Positions 1-11,122 of a stretch of 64,000 bases of DNA are shown piece by piece (the stretch's first letter is position 1; each line of letters opens with the position of its first letter). A program made the position numbers and the translations under genes. The notes under the pieces were generated by a model. The model ran no database searches and was not told the origin of the DNA. It saw only the letters and a list, made by a program, of their open reading frames with translations. The stretch lies in the NCBI GenBank assembly GCA_046563655.1, contig CM102286.1, forward strand, positions 10,602,001 to 10,666,000, given 5' to 3'. Source of the stretch: Yuukianura sp. NJ FZ-2021. Lineage: Eukaryota.

Positions 1-330
1 TGTGTAACTTCACCATCTCATTTCTCATATCCCACCATTGAGTTTATGAGTTTTGTGCAGAAAAAGATTAAACTAACTTTTGGAACACCCGAGCCAGAGT
101 GCGAATATGTCATAGGTGAAAGCAGAAATGTTTAAACAAAAGTTTCATCTTTGACAAAGTAGCATGTGCAATGTATCAATTTGTTATGACACTTAATTTT
201 TATGACTTTCTTTCGCATTAATCAATACCCTGTGTGGCATCTTTGGAAATTTTGGTATTCAAATTTAGTTTAGTTGTTGAGCTTACAAATCAAAGTGTTC
301 CAAAAAAGTTAGAACAAAAATTCGAAAACA

Positions 331-1718
331 ATGACGGTGATTTGTGGAATATGTCTTGTAGACATTTTGGAAGATGTGAGCGATGTGTTGTGGGCGATTT
401 AGTGCTCACACGTATTTCACAAGTAAGTGAAAAATAATTTCTGAATATTTTTGATTCATTTTCAAAAAAAAATTTCTATGTTGTTTTACAAAAAAAAAAT
501 AATTCTTTCGCTTGTTTTGAAATTCGTTATCTTTTGTTGTTTCAGACGATGCCTCCTCATTGCAAATCAATCTTGGATATATCGAAAAATTGATAAAGGA
601 CGTGCGAAGGCAAAAGCTGAGAAAAGGCCTTACGTCAAACCTGAAAAATTCGAGTAAGTTTTTTTACCATACCATTTACCATATTCTTAGTAATAATTGT
701 AATTTTGTATTTGTTTTTAGACCGCAATGTCCATTGTGTTTAACTCCGATGGAATTTAACCCGGAAACGAGCGAGACTTCTCCGTCCGTGGCTGGGATGA
801 GGATTATTTTGAGCGAAGATGAGACGCCAAGACCAAGGTAAAATTTCGAAAAATTAAGCCCTATTAATTAATTAATTTGGTATATGAAGTTGAATGTTGT
901 CTGTTTTGATTAGAACTCCACCACTTACCCCGCCACCCCCACCGCCCCCACCCACTGCACATGCCTCGACTTCGACAGGTTCAACATCCCCGTCACTTCT
1001 GGAATGCAGGTAAGTATTTTATTTTGTAAGAAAAAATTCGGCTTACAATTTTAAAACTAATCTTGGTTTGTAAAATTTCTTTTTGTTTTTTAGATGTATC
1101 AGCAAACAACCAAACTACTGCGAGTTGGTTGAAGAAAAAGTCAGGCAGCAGCGAATGAAAATTTATTCCGAAAAAAAACGTGCGGATGATGCCGAGGCAG
1201 TTCTGACAGATGTTTTGAGCCAAATTCCGCAACGACAAACCAACACTGAGGAAGCTGCACCGAATCAACATAAGCGACGGAGGACAGATTCCGATTTGAA
1301 CCGAGCTAATCCTGGACCGTCACGGAATTTGACCCCGACAACTGCAGGACCGTCACCTAATTCTTCACAGCCGACTGCAGGACCATCACGGAAATCGCTT
1401 CCGCCAAGTTCAGGACCGTCACGGTTGCCAACTGCAGGACCGTCACGGAACTCGGTCCAGGCAACTGCAGGGCCGTCGCGCAATCCACCAGAGCCGACTG
1501 CAGGACCGTCACGATATGTAGTGAAGCCGTATGCAGGGCCGTCACACAATCCAACACAAGCAACTGCAGGGCCGTCGCGCAATACAGCACAACCGGCGGT
1601 AAGAAATGCAGAATGTGACAACTCTGCTCGACAACTTCAGGTCAGATTGCGACGTCTGACACAAGAAGAAGTTGACTCGGTCTACATTGATTCCGGGGAG
1701 GAGGAGGCGGACCATTAG
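331..1718 (+). pseudogene. Five-exon RING-H2 finger gene with a proline run and TAGPSR-repeat tail; premature TAG in exon 1
   Basis: Exons 331-422, 546-653, 721-837, 914-1009 and 1094-1718 splice in frame at GT-AG introns to give MTVICGICLVDILEDVSDVLWAI*CSHVFHKRCL...EPQCPLC (C-x2-C...C-x-H-x2-H-x2-C...C-x2-C). In-frame TAG at 400-402. Confidence 0.75.
1311..1590 (+). repeat. Coding minisatellite, about 8 copies of (act)gcagg(a/g)ccgtc, encoding TAGPSR units
   Basis: Repeated TAGPSR/AGPSH/SGPSR peptides in the last exon, spaced roughly 27-36 nt apart. Confidence 0.85.
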
Positions 1719-1859
1719 TTTATGCTTTATTAAATTTTGAGTAAAATATTTTAAAACAAATTTCAATTCAAAAAAATCTGAAAAAGAAACTGTTAATATG
1801 CTAAGACAATAAGCTGTGTATTACTTGGGATGTTGAGTTTTAAAAAAGTTTCAACACAT

Positions 1860-1975
1860 CTACCACCACCACAACCACCACAACCCCAAGAAACACCACC
1901 ACCACCACCACCACCACTCCCAACAAACACCACCACCACCACCACTCCCAACAAACACCACCACCACCACCACAA
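1860..1975. repeat. (CAC)n low-complexity tract
   Basis: Runs of accaccacc interrupted by a repeated actcccaacaaac. Confidence 0.9.
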
Positions 1976-2103
1976 TCAGTTATAAACAACCTTTTAAAAG
2001 AATTTTGCCCAGTTGGAAGTTTGTAGTCATTGAGTGCTAACGTGCTGTAGTTCTTTAGATCACACCACCTATCTATCGTCTCAACTCATTGTTGAGTTAC
2101 GTA

Positions 2104-3267
2104 ATGACCTTCTTCTGTGAAATTTGCCGCATCCCATTTTCTCGCACGGACGCTTTAAGTCGACATCGTCGCACTGTTCATTCCGCTGGTATGTCTTCAA
2201 ATCTATATCAAAACGCACCAGAATCCGAATACCAGGAATCTGAAAATGATGACAGCAACTCGGAGGTTGATTCAGTTGAGAGCAAATCCGAAACAAATTT
2301 GAGCAAATCGAGCATTTCACTAATCCTGCATGCTCTACACAATGCTGACATTGGGGTTCATCGATTGACTTTAGATGCCTTGCGAACCATTGTTGAAGGT
2401 GTGGATGACGATAGCGACGATGATTCTGACATGGAGGATAATGACAGTGGCGACAAGGATAATGACCAAGGATCGGAAAAGTACGCTCCAAAAAAAGGCG
2501 TTTTAAGCACTTAAAAAGTCCTTAAAAATTGGGCCAAAAAGTTCCAAAAAAGTTCTAAAAACATGTACGAAAAGTCCCAAAAATTAAGAAATATCACTAA
2601 TTTATTGCCCCATAATTCATGTGAGAAGTTCAAAATGTAAAACATTCAAAGTTTTCGATGGTAAAACGTTGTCGACGGTTTACTTGATATTTATTTCCTA
2701 ATATTTTTTTTCTGAAGCTGGACTTGTGAGACGTGTGTTTTCCCGTGATTTTTTTTTCAGTCCAATTTCAACAAATTTGTGCAATTTTTTGAAAACTTTT
2801 GCCATTTTTGATGTAAAAATTGACATATTTTGACATATTTACGGAAAAAAGTCCTAAATTTGCACACGTTTCTTTAATTTTCCCACAATTTTTGTCAATT
2901 TTGGCCAAAAAATTGATAAAATTGACAAAAAATGTTTAAAAAAGTCCTAAAAAAGTTTTTATGGTCAAAAAAGTTTTTAAAACTTTTTTAAGTTTTTAAA
3001 AGTCCGCAAAGTGCTAAAAGTGCTAAAAAAGTTTTTACGTGCTTTTCCGATCCTTGATAATGACATTGAAGACTCGGAAACCTATTCTGAAGCTGAAGAG
3101 GAAGACGACAAAAAGATGCATTCCGACTCCTCTGAGGACGAAGAAAAGGAAAAAAATTGAATTCCAATCAGCTTAAGTAGTTGATAGCAATTGTAAAAGC
3201 AGGAAAACGAAATGTAATCTGTTTGACCAAATCAGGGTTTTTGAATATTCTTGATGATATGTTATAA
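2104..3267 (+). pseudogene. Small single-C2H2 zinc-finger protein with acidic linkers and a repeated helical motif, interrupted by a MITE
   Basis: MTFFCEICRIPFSRTDALSRHRRTVH, then ISLILHALHNADIGVHRLT. Removing 2467-3056 plus one TSD continues the frame (DNDIEDSETYSEAEEEDD). A second degenerate motif (LIAIVKAGKRNVICLTK) follows with a stop and frameshift. Confidence 0.7.
2467..3056. mobile_element. Non-autonomous DNA transposon (MITE) with 8-bp TSD, hAT- or P-type
   Basis: TIRs CAAGGATCGGAAAAG...CTTTTCCGATCCTTG; TSD ATAATGAC at 2459-2466 and 3057-3064. Confidence 0.92.
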
Positions 3268-3457
3268 GCTTCCGACAGCGGCTTCTAACTTTTTAAAAGG
3301 TGACATACTTTGGATTTGGTTACGAATTTAACACAATAAATAAATTTGTTACTTTGAATTTTTTACTTAGGCAATTGTACGTAATTTATTTAAGAATAAT
3401 TTGAAAGTGTAGATTTTGTAGTACACACTCCGAAGGAATATATTCCAAAGCATATGC

Positions 3458-4053
3458 TTATGTGTACACTTTAAGCCTGATAAAAATAGGTTCTCGACAT
3501 ACTGCACATATCTTTAGTCTGGATGAACACTTTGAACAAGTGATTAGTTGTTTACATGCAGGAATACTTCACACACCTTCTCTTCAAGGCAAATTTTGCA
3601 TGTTAGATCAGCTACTTCTTCCTGTACATGGTGTTGTGGTAATTTGACCGCGGAGACCTCAGTAGGTTTTTCGTTCCCCACGATTTGTTGATGCTCATTG
3701 TGAATCCCAGTGACATCTTCACACGTTTCAGTAATATATGGCATCGTGCGAATAAAAGGACACAAGGGGAAATGCCGACGGTGTTCATCCATAGGATCGT
3801 CGTTCATTTCCCACTCTCCGACAATTCCAGAACAAAAGACGCATGCAACCTGAAACGATTTTGTACGAAAACGAAATTGCTGATTAATCTATTTGAAACA
3901 TCACAAGCGTTTATAACTCACCCGATCATCGATTTCAATATAATAAAATGTAGCTCTCGCACAGCGTTCCGCGCTTAAAAATGGCAATGTCCACTTCACT
4001 TGACCATCGTAAAAAGTCTTCAGCCTTCCTTCGTATGACTTTAATTCGGCCAT
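3458..4053 (-). pseudogene. Compact inhibitor of apoptosis (one BIR plus C-terminal RING), two exons, frameshifted in the RING
   Basis: Exon 4053-3922 (MAELKSYEGRLKTF...CARATFYYIEIDDR) splices to 3849 (VACVFCSGIVGEWEMNDDPMDEHRRHFPLCPF). RING CKICLEEKVCEVFL, then a 1-nt shift to CKQLITCSKCSSRLKICAVCREPI...VYT*. Confidence 0.88.
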
Positions 4054-4837
4054 AATTCTTTAACCAAATTTAGAAACACATGAAGAAATATCAAAGAGTG
4101 AGAGAGGCCCCCCCCATGGGGGACTGATCGTGCAACTTTTACTAAAAAGAGGGTTCCCTTACCGTTTCCTTGGGTTTTTTTTTCCCAGCGTGTCCACTGT
4201 GGATTAAAATCCTGCGTCGTTTCTCTTTGGATTTTCTCCAGCGTGTCCACAGTGGATTTTTTTCCTGCGTTCTCATTGGGATTTAAATCCCTGCCTAGAC
4301 ATTGAGTTTTAAATCCCTGCGTTCTATTGTTTTTTTATTCGTACGTCAACTTGTTTTTGTTTTTAAATTATGACTTGTTAGACTTTAGAAGAACTGCTTT
4401 TTGTGTAAAGACACATCAGGGTGGGAATGAGGAGTGGGGGATGCATCTCACTTTCTCAAAAACCACACCTCCCAAAAACCATGGTTTAGCCAGTAAAACT
4501 GTGATGGAAAGGTCCCATCTCAGTTCCACGGGCTAAACTAAGATTGGGAGAAGAAATGAGATCATCATTTTCTCATGCACTCTGAAAGTGCAACTAGGTC
4601 ATGTTTACATTTTTGAACTGTAGGTCAGGTTTGTTTTTGTTTTTGTTTTTACTCGCAGACAGTGCAACTGCACTGTCTGCAACTTTTGTCAGTGCAGTTG
4701 CACTGACAAAAGTTGGGTGTCGAAAAGTAGGTCATGTTTACATGTTTTGACCTACAGGTCAAGTTTGTTTTTACTAGCGCCCACAGAGTGTATACTACTA
4801 ATGCCCCCTCTTAAACAACGAGATTGAGGGAGAGATT

Positions 4838-5245
4838 GTGGCGAAGCCGAATCCGCCAGCATTAGCACCCAAAGAGGACGATCGTGACGTTATGCTGCTC
4901 GAAAAGAGACAAGCGTTCCCTCCAGCCCGACGAGATCGTCAGATTGCCACGATGTCGACAGCACGACCGCCACCAATGCGCCAGCGTTACCCGTTTCGTG
5001 ACGCTCGAGAAATTCTACGGGCCACAGATGCGCTTAGAAGTGGACTTTCTGGATACCGGGTACGTCGCCTGCCATCGGAAGGAGAGATTCGTCGTCGTCG
5101 ATGCTTCATTTGTCATGTCAGAGGCCATGAAGCAAGGAATTGTTTGGTTCAATGTGGACAACAACATCAGCAACAGCAACCTCGGCAAGGTCACGCTCAG
5201 CAAGGTCAAGCTCCTGAAGTTCAACGTCGTGAGGTCAGACGTTAG
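4838..5245 (+). CDS. Retroelement-associated ORF with a CCHC zinc knuckle, directly upstream of a polypurine tract
   Basis: CFICHVRGHEARNC knuckle; followed by a purine-rich tract (AGTAAGTTAGGGGAGA) and an LTR start. Confidence 0.5.
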   Translation: MAKPNPPALAPKEDDRDVMLLEKRQAFPPARRDRQIATMSTARPPPMRQRYPFRDAREILRATDALRSGLSGYRVRRLPSEGEIRRRRCFICHVRGHEARNCLVQCGQQHQQQQPRQGHAQQGQAPEVQRREVRR

Positions 5246-5261
5246 AGTAAGTTAGGGGAGA

Positions 5262-5766
5262 TGACACGGTTCAACAACCTCCAGCTTATTACAGACATAC
5301 AAATTACATAATTAGAGTTTATGTTCAGTTCATAACGTGAGTATGAGTTGTTTTCTGTTCGGTGTGTTTACATATTTGTAAACACACACAATCCTGTTAG
5401 TTTAGACTACGGTTTTTCCGTCTATTTTTGTTAGAGTAAGTCATGACCCCCAGTTATAGGTTCATGGGAACCTATAAATAGAGGTCATTCCCATTGTATC
5501 GGCATCCAGTCTTCCAGTTCTGCTGAACAGTTCAGCCGAAGCCTCAGCTTCCCCAGTGGAGGCTATTCATGTTTCTCGTATTCGTTTACGTTTCAATAAA
5601 ACATTGACCGATGACCTTCGTTTCAGTTCAAGTCCGCGGATTTATTTCAAGTTCCTTAAGTTAGTCTTGCAGTTCAGTTGGAGTCGGAGTCTTTTGAGAG
5701 AGTTTAGAGGTCATCAGCATTCAAGTAGAGTCCCAGTGTCCGGTTAGCATAAGGCTAACCGTGACA
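5262..5766 (+). mobile_element. LTR (probably a 3' LTR)
   Basis: TG...CA ends with near-perfect inverted termini TGACACGGTT/AACCGTGACA, preceding PPT, TATAAATA at ~5473 and AATAAA at ~5595. Confidence 0.7.
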
Positions 5767-5792
5767 CAAGAAAGATAACGGTTTCACTACAA

Positions 5793-6600
5793 TTGGTGGA
5801 AATGATGACTTCGACCTCCACCTCAACTGATGATGCTAAAGGGTCCGCGCAAGCGTTGACCAAATCCTTTGACCTAAAGGCAGTGGTCCGTTCGGTGCCA
5901 GTTTTTGATGGCAAATCGAACGTTGACCTTTTGACCTTAAGGTGTGATGCCCTAATAGCATCAGGAGCTCTGGACAGCAATTCGCTAATCCTTAACTTCC
6001 ATCAATTGATGGAAGGTGAAGTTCTGGAACGGTGGCGTTGGTCCCTAATAAAAAATAATCAGGGATTTGACACCTGATAATGCCAATACTAAATGGCAAG
6101 AACTCAAAACTGCTTTGAGGTCATTCTGTGACCCAAGTGAAATAAAAACAGATGCAAAACGAAAGTTAAAAACGATTTTTCTTTCCAATTGCGACTCTCC
6201 TTCGGAGTATGTCGCTAAGCGTTTGTCATGCCTTTCGGTCATTGACCCCGACATGTCAGATGACAAACAAGTTGAAAAATTGATAAAAGGTTTACCTTAT
6301 TCGCTTAAAAACATGATGATATTGGTAGATCCGAAATCTCCAGCTGATTTTTTGCAGAAACTCCGAAAAATTGACAAACCACAATTCGCTGACAAGCGAG
6401 CTCAAATTCAGGCTTAAAAGTCACAAGTCAAAAATAAACCAAATAATGACACTGGGAGTTCATCGAACTCAAAAGAATCCACAGTTTCTGTCACTTCTGA
6501 TACTGATGTTGCTAAAAATGCAAAGTATCGAAAACCCAAATTCTGCACATTTTGCAAACGTAATGGTCACACTGAAGACCGAGATGAACCACTTTCTGAC
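5793..6600 (+). pseudogene. Degenerate Ty3/Gypsy-type gag
   Basis: PBS-like TGGTGGAAATG at ~5794; capsid-like VPVFDG...WQELKTALRSF...EYV...LIKGLP; truncated knuckle CTFCKRNGH; frameshift near 6065. Confidence 0.72.
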
Positions 6601-7414
6601 CTTTCATCTGAGATATCCTCACCATCTTCCATATCACTTTCCCCACTTGAATCTCAAACTAAATAAAAAAATGTTTTTGCCACTATTCGCAAGTTTCATT
6701 TATACAATTAATTTCACTCACCATCGTCCATTTTGGTTTTAGTTTTGAAGAAAAAATGTATGTTGATGTAGGAAACGCTTTGATTTTGATTAATTTTGAT
6801 TTGATTTTGGTTGTTTGACACAAAAGAACTGCATTCATACAAGAATTTTCCCTGACACGTATTTGTGTCATCAGTCCCTGAGAAGAATTTTTAAATGACA
6901 CATACTTGTGTCATCCGGCCCTGAATTGTGTTTTTAAATGACACGTATATGTGTGTTGAAAATAGCAAACAAGAATATGTCATAGTTATGACTCATGATG
7001 TGTGGTAATGACTAATCTTGATCTAGGACACATTTATCTTAATTAGAATAAGAACAATATTTGGTGGCATATTAATTATCAGGTTATTAGGTTGAGGTTA
7101 GCGTCATTAATACAATAAGCATTGCATTAGGTCATTACGTCCTTAGACTCCAAGAACACGACGTTTTAATTAAGGTTATGCAAATATGACTAATGCTAAT
7201 TGTAGGTCAGTTAAGTAGTATAAATACTGCCCTGTTAGATTGTACTGATTAGTGTGTGCCTCGTAAGCTTTGAGATAAGAAGTTTATTGTTATGCTAAAT
7301 AAAATCAACTAAATCCAAAGTGTGCAGTTACAGTGATTGATTTATTCAAAATCTTCAACTATGTGTCATCCGTAGCGAAAGGGTTAAAATCGTTCGTTGG
7401 TACTCAGTTCAAAC

Positions 7415-7595
7415 GACTCAACGAAACCTGGACGGCTCCAGTTAGTAGCAGTAGCGTAAAGACTCAGCGAAAACTGGAGGGACAGGGCTTGGAGGAGGTC
7501 TTCACGGTACGGGAGCCTGCCATGGGCTCTGGGCCCGTAGGGTGGGTAACCTCGGAAGAGGTTGGACATGACATAAATAAAAAAAATAAATAAAA
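7415..7595 (+). mobile_element. Short retroposed insert (SINE or 5'-truncated LINE 3' UTR)
   Basis: 14-bp TSD TACTCAGTTCAAAC at 7401-7414 and 7596-7609; A-rich tail TAAATAAAAAAAATAAATAAAA. Confidence 0.82.
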
Positions 7596-7959
7596 TACTC
7601 AGTTCAAACAACCGAAAGCTCTGAAGCACATATAAGGTCTAAAGACTAAATTGTTAAAAGTTAAATTTCAATTTTCAAATCCAATTTCTAATCAAAATGG
7701 CCACAAACTCCAGCAAACCTACGCCACCACCGGGTCCACTGATTCGGCTTTCAAATCCAGTAAAGTAGCAACACTACCAGATTGATCCGGTCAAGCAGCA
7801 TCACTTGCAGAGCTGATGAAGAAGGTGTCTACTAATCAGAAGTATGTCAACTCCGTGGGATCATCTTCAGCAGCGGAGCAACGTCTTCGACCGTACTTCG
7901 CTTTCCATTGAGAGGACATTCTGAAAGTACTACTATTCGATATGAAAGGTAGGCCATCG

Positions 7960-8426
7960 TGTGGTTCGCGAATGTTACACATGTCAATACCTCTCAGTAG
8001 ATTTATTGCTAACTTTCATTTTCTACATTCCTTTCCAAAGTACTTTTTAGATAAAGATTATACGTTTTAGTGCCAACTGCACTTTAAGCTTTTTAAGAAC
8101 TTTTTTAGATAATTGTTAAGTGCAAGTAAAGTGTTAAGAAAGGGATAGGACAGGAATGAACCCTGACCACCCATAACCTTTGGAATTGTAAGCTAGCTAA
8201 GTACCTATAAATATCTTATCCAGAACTGAAACTGCACCAGTCATTGGTCCAGCAGAGACTCTTCCAAGTCTCAGCTCACTCAGCAGTGACCCTACCAGGT
8301 CAAGCTAGTGTTGTAAAGCTTATTCCTTTTGGTTCATCGAATAAAGTGAAAAAGCAGTCTCTAAATATTTTCCTTTGATTTCTTTATTGTTTCAAGTCTT
8401 CTGGACTTGTAATAGCGAAGACTACA
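7960..8426 (+). mobile_element. Possible LTR remnant
   Basis: TGTGGTTCGC...GCGAAGACTACA imperfect inverted ends, CCTATAAATA at ~8205 and AATAAA at ~8340; no TSD found. Confidence 0.42.
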
Positions 8427-9383
8427 CAGCGGTAATGGACAACTTTCTTAAACAAAGGTAAGTTTGCATTCGCTGTAACTTTTTAATTAGGTTGTAATTA
8501 ATAATATTCCTTTTATTCTCGAATTTTATCTGCAAAAACCGACCGTGATAATCTTATATTCATGGTCAATGATCATGTCCGAACTTAAATTGGATTCTTC
8601 AACTTGGCGCTTATAGTCAAGCCATTGTTCCTTTAAGTTCTTCAAAAAAGTTTTTAAAATTATTATTTTCCTTTTAACTTCTTTTAATAGAAAAAATTTA
8701 AGTTTAATTTTAATTACCTAGTTACGTCTGCTCCAGCGCTGAAGAGCTCCACGACGGTGGAACATGCTGAGAAAAGTGTGAGATTTCTTGAATTCCTTCC
8801 GACGACGAATCTAGCTTTGGAGTTTTTGCTTCTTCCCCCTATTGCGCATCTCCAAGCCGTGTTTCTCTTGTAGTACGTCGAGGAATATGAATCGCAGATC
8901 CGATACTTCCTTCACCAAATCTTCCAGCTTCCGATTCTCGGGGGTTGGGTGAAACGTTTTGTACACCTTACGCAGGTTTTCAAACGTAACCTACCGATGG
9001 AGAGGGTCATGAGCTTTCCGAGGCTCGACGTCGACAGCTAGGTCGCCTCCGTACCAAGGGTAACAGTCAAAGTCAAATTCCTATGTCAGCAGAATCTACT
9101 CCTCTACACTGACATGAAAAAACATGTCCACGGAAACCGTAATTTTAGAGTGCCAGCTCACTCAAGCAAAGTTTTCACTGAAAGCGTACGCCCTATTGGA
9201 AATCTTTTAAGAGCTCTCAGCACCGTTCTAAAAGTTTCCTCTTCCTTCGTGTCTGAAATATTAACTGCACCGACACAGTTTGCTGCATACTGGCGAACTC
9301 CGACATAAAAGTTTTGGCTTCAGACTGTGAGGACTAGGCAAAGAAATAAAAAGGAAACATAGGACAAGCCAGAAAAAAATAAG

Positions 9384-9455
9384 GAACCGAGTGGAACTCC
9401 ACCCCAAACCTCTTCTATCCGGGAAGATGCTCTCTACCAACTGAGCTACCGGTTC
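9384..9455 (-). ncRNA. tRNA-like sequence (pseudo-tRNA or SINE head)
   Basis: Minus strand GAACCGG-TAGCTCAGTTGGTAGAG (A box), stem TCTTC/GAAGA with a 7-nt loop, degenerate B box, 3' CGGTTC pairing with the 5' end, then a T run. Confidence 0.6.
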
Positions 9456-9985
9456 AATCTGGCTTGTCAAGGGAATGGAACTGGTGTATGTGGTGGGAGT
9501 GAGACACGGGCCACTTTGTACACTCTCCATCCTGGCGATGGGCAGTAGGGACTTGCTGACCAATCGCCACTAGACTGCCTAGAGTCTGCAAATATTTTTA
9601 AAAGTTTCGAAGCACTAATAAAGTCCAGATTTAAAAAAAAATTCCAACTGGGCTAGGTATGGAGGTCGCTCAAAGTCGAACAATTATATACCTGGACCTT
9701 TAGATGGTGTGGCGGATGGGGACGCTGCACGTTTGAACATTTCGACAAAATTTCTTTTGAAATTGATTTACAAAGTTTTTGACTGTTGAGCCAAGTAATG
9801 ACAAGTTGAAACTGAACAAATTTTTCTTTTTTTAGTCAAAAATGAAAAGTTGAAGAGTGTCAAAAATATCAGGAATTTGTTTTGCCTAGGGTGGTGGAAA
9901 ATAATCACCAAGAAAAAATCACAACCAAAAATCCTTTTGTCATTGTGAGTTTTGTTTTCCTCCCAAGTACTGAGGTTGACTAATC

Positions 9986-10561
9986 CAGGCTTGGGCCACA
10001 AGTTCGGTGTGCATGCAAGGGGTCTCGGTCACGCTAGTCTGGCGGAAAAAAGGAGAACTACGCGTTATCAGCAATGATAAGTGTCATCTCACCGAAGCAA
10101 TTCACAGTGGGCTACATGGCCTGTTTTTGTGTACAAATCTTAAGACCATATTTTATATTTAAATGATATATATTTTATACATTGTGAAGTTATTAATTAA
10201 ATAATTAAAGTTAAATATATTTTCATTAATTAGCATAAGGTGATTTTCAACTGTAAGTGATGTTTCCTATCACAAATACTTTGTTATGCGTGTTTGCCAA
10301 CGGACCACCTTACACTAATTAGTAAAATATATTTAACTTTAATTATTTAATTAATAACTCTATAATGTATAAAATGTATATCATTTAAATATAAAATATG
10401 GTCTTAAGATTTGTACACAAAAACCAGCCATGTATCCCACTGTGCAATGCTTCGAGGAGAAGACCCTTTTTCTTGCTGATAACGCGTAGTTCTCCTTTTT
10501 TCCGCCAGACTAGCGTGACCGAGACCCCTTGCATGCACACCGAACTTGTGGCCCAAGCCTG
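9986..10561. mobile_element. Foldback MITE, hAT-like, 8-bp TSD
   Basis: Ends CAGGCTTGGGCC/GGCCCAAGCCTG; inverted arms of ~255 bp around a ~60-bp spacer; TSD GACTAATC at 9978-9985 and 10562-10569. Confidence 0.93.
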
Positions 10562-10848
10562 GACTAATCCCTACGTAGGTGCTAAAAATAGTGATGGCGC
10601 TCTCCTCACCTACATACTACTACGACATGTTTCCCCTATAGCAGCACACAGTAGAGAATCAAACCTGATGAGTTAAAAATGGGTGGAATTCGCGGAATGT
10701 TTCGGTGAGCCTCTGTTCTGTTCATTTCCAATTTCAAAACACAAAATCCAAGTAATGGCGACACTACATGTGTTGCATAAACTGAAGAGATGTTGGGATT
10801 AGTTAAGCGGATTTGTACGAAAAAAAAATCTTAGATTGAGCATTAATA

Positions 10849-11113
10849 GAGAGGCCCAGATTTGAAATTGATTCTGACTCTAGTAGAATCAGAATCAGTG
10901 TAAAATGGTGATGACTTCCAGTTTTTTCTGATTCTGACTGCGGTTCACCCCGAGAAATTCAAAATTTGAATGCGGCTAACTGAGGCACAATCAGAATCAG
11001 GTCCGGAGTTATGTTTTTAGAAAGCGTGAAACTGATTCTACAAAATATTGTAACCGCCCCTGTTGAGCCTAGAATCAGCTTTTAGAATCAGAATCACCAA
11101 ATCTGGACCTCTC
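10849..11113. mobile_element. MITE flanked by TA
   Basis: TIRs GAGAGGCCCAGATTTG/CAAATCTGGACCTCTC with internal GATTCT/AGAATC subrepeats. Confidence 0.75.
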
Positions 11114-11122
11114 TAAGCCTAG

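Noticed and set aside
1265..1621. Minus-strand RDGPAV-repeat ORF
   Set aside because: Antisense shadow of the TAGPSR coding repeat.
6750..7400. Another LTR with TATA, AATAAA and a PBS-like TGG
   Set aside because: No TG...CA boundaries or TSD could be fixed, so it is not listed as a feature.
8450..9310. Possible degraded minus-strand gene (EFDFDCYPWYGG, VTFENLRKVYK)
   Set aside because: Exon-like but interrupted by stops and not assignable to any family.
9384..9455. Functional tRNA-Ser(GGA)
   Set aside because: No U33, broken TTC/B box and no long variable arm.
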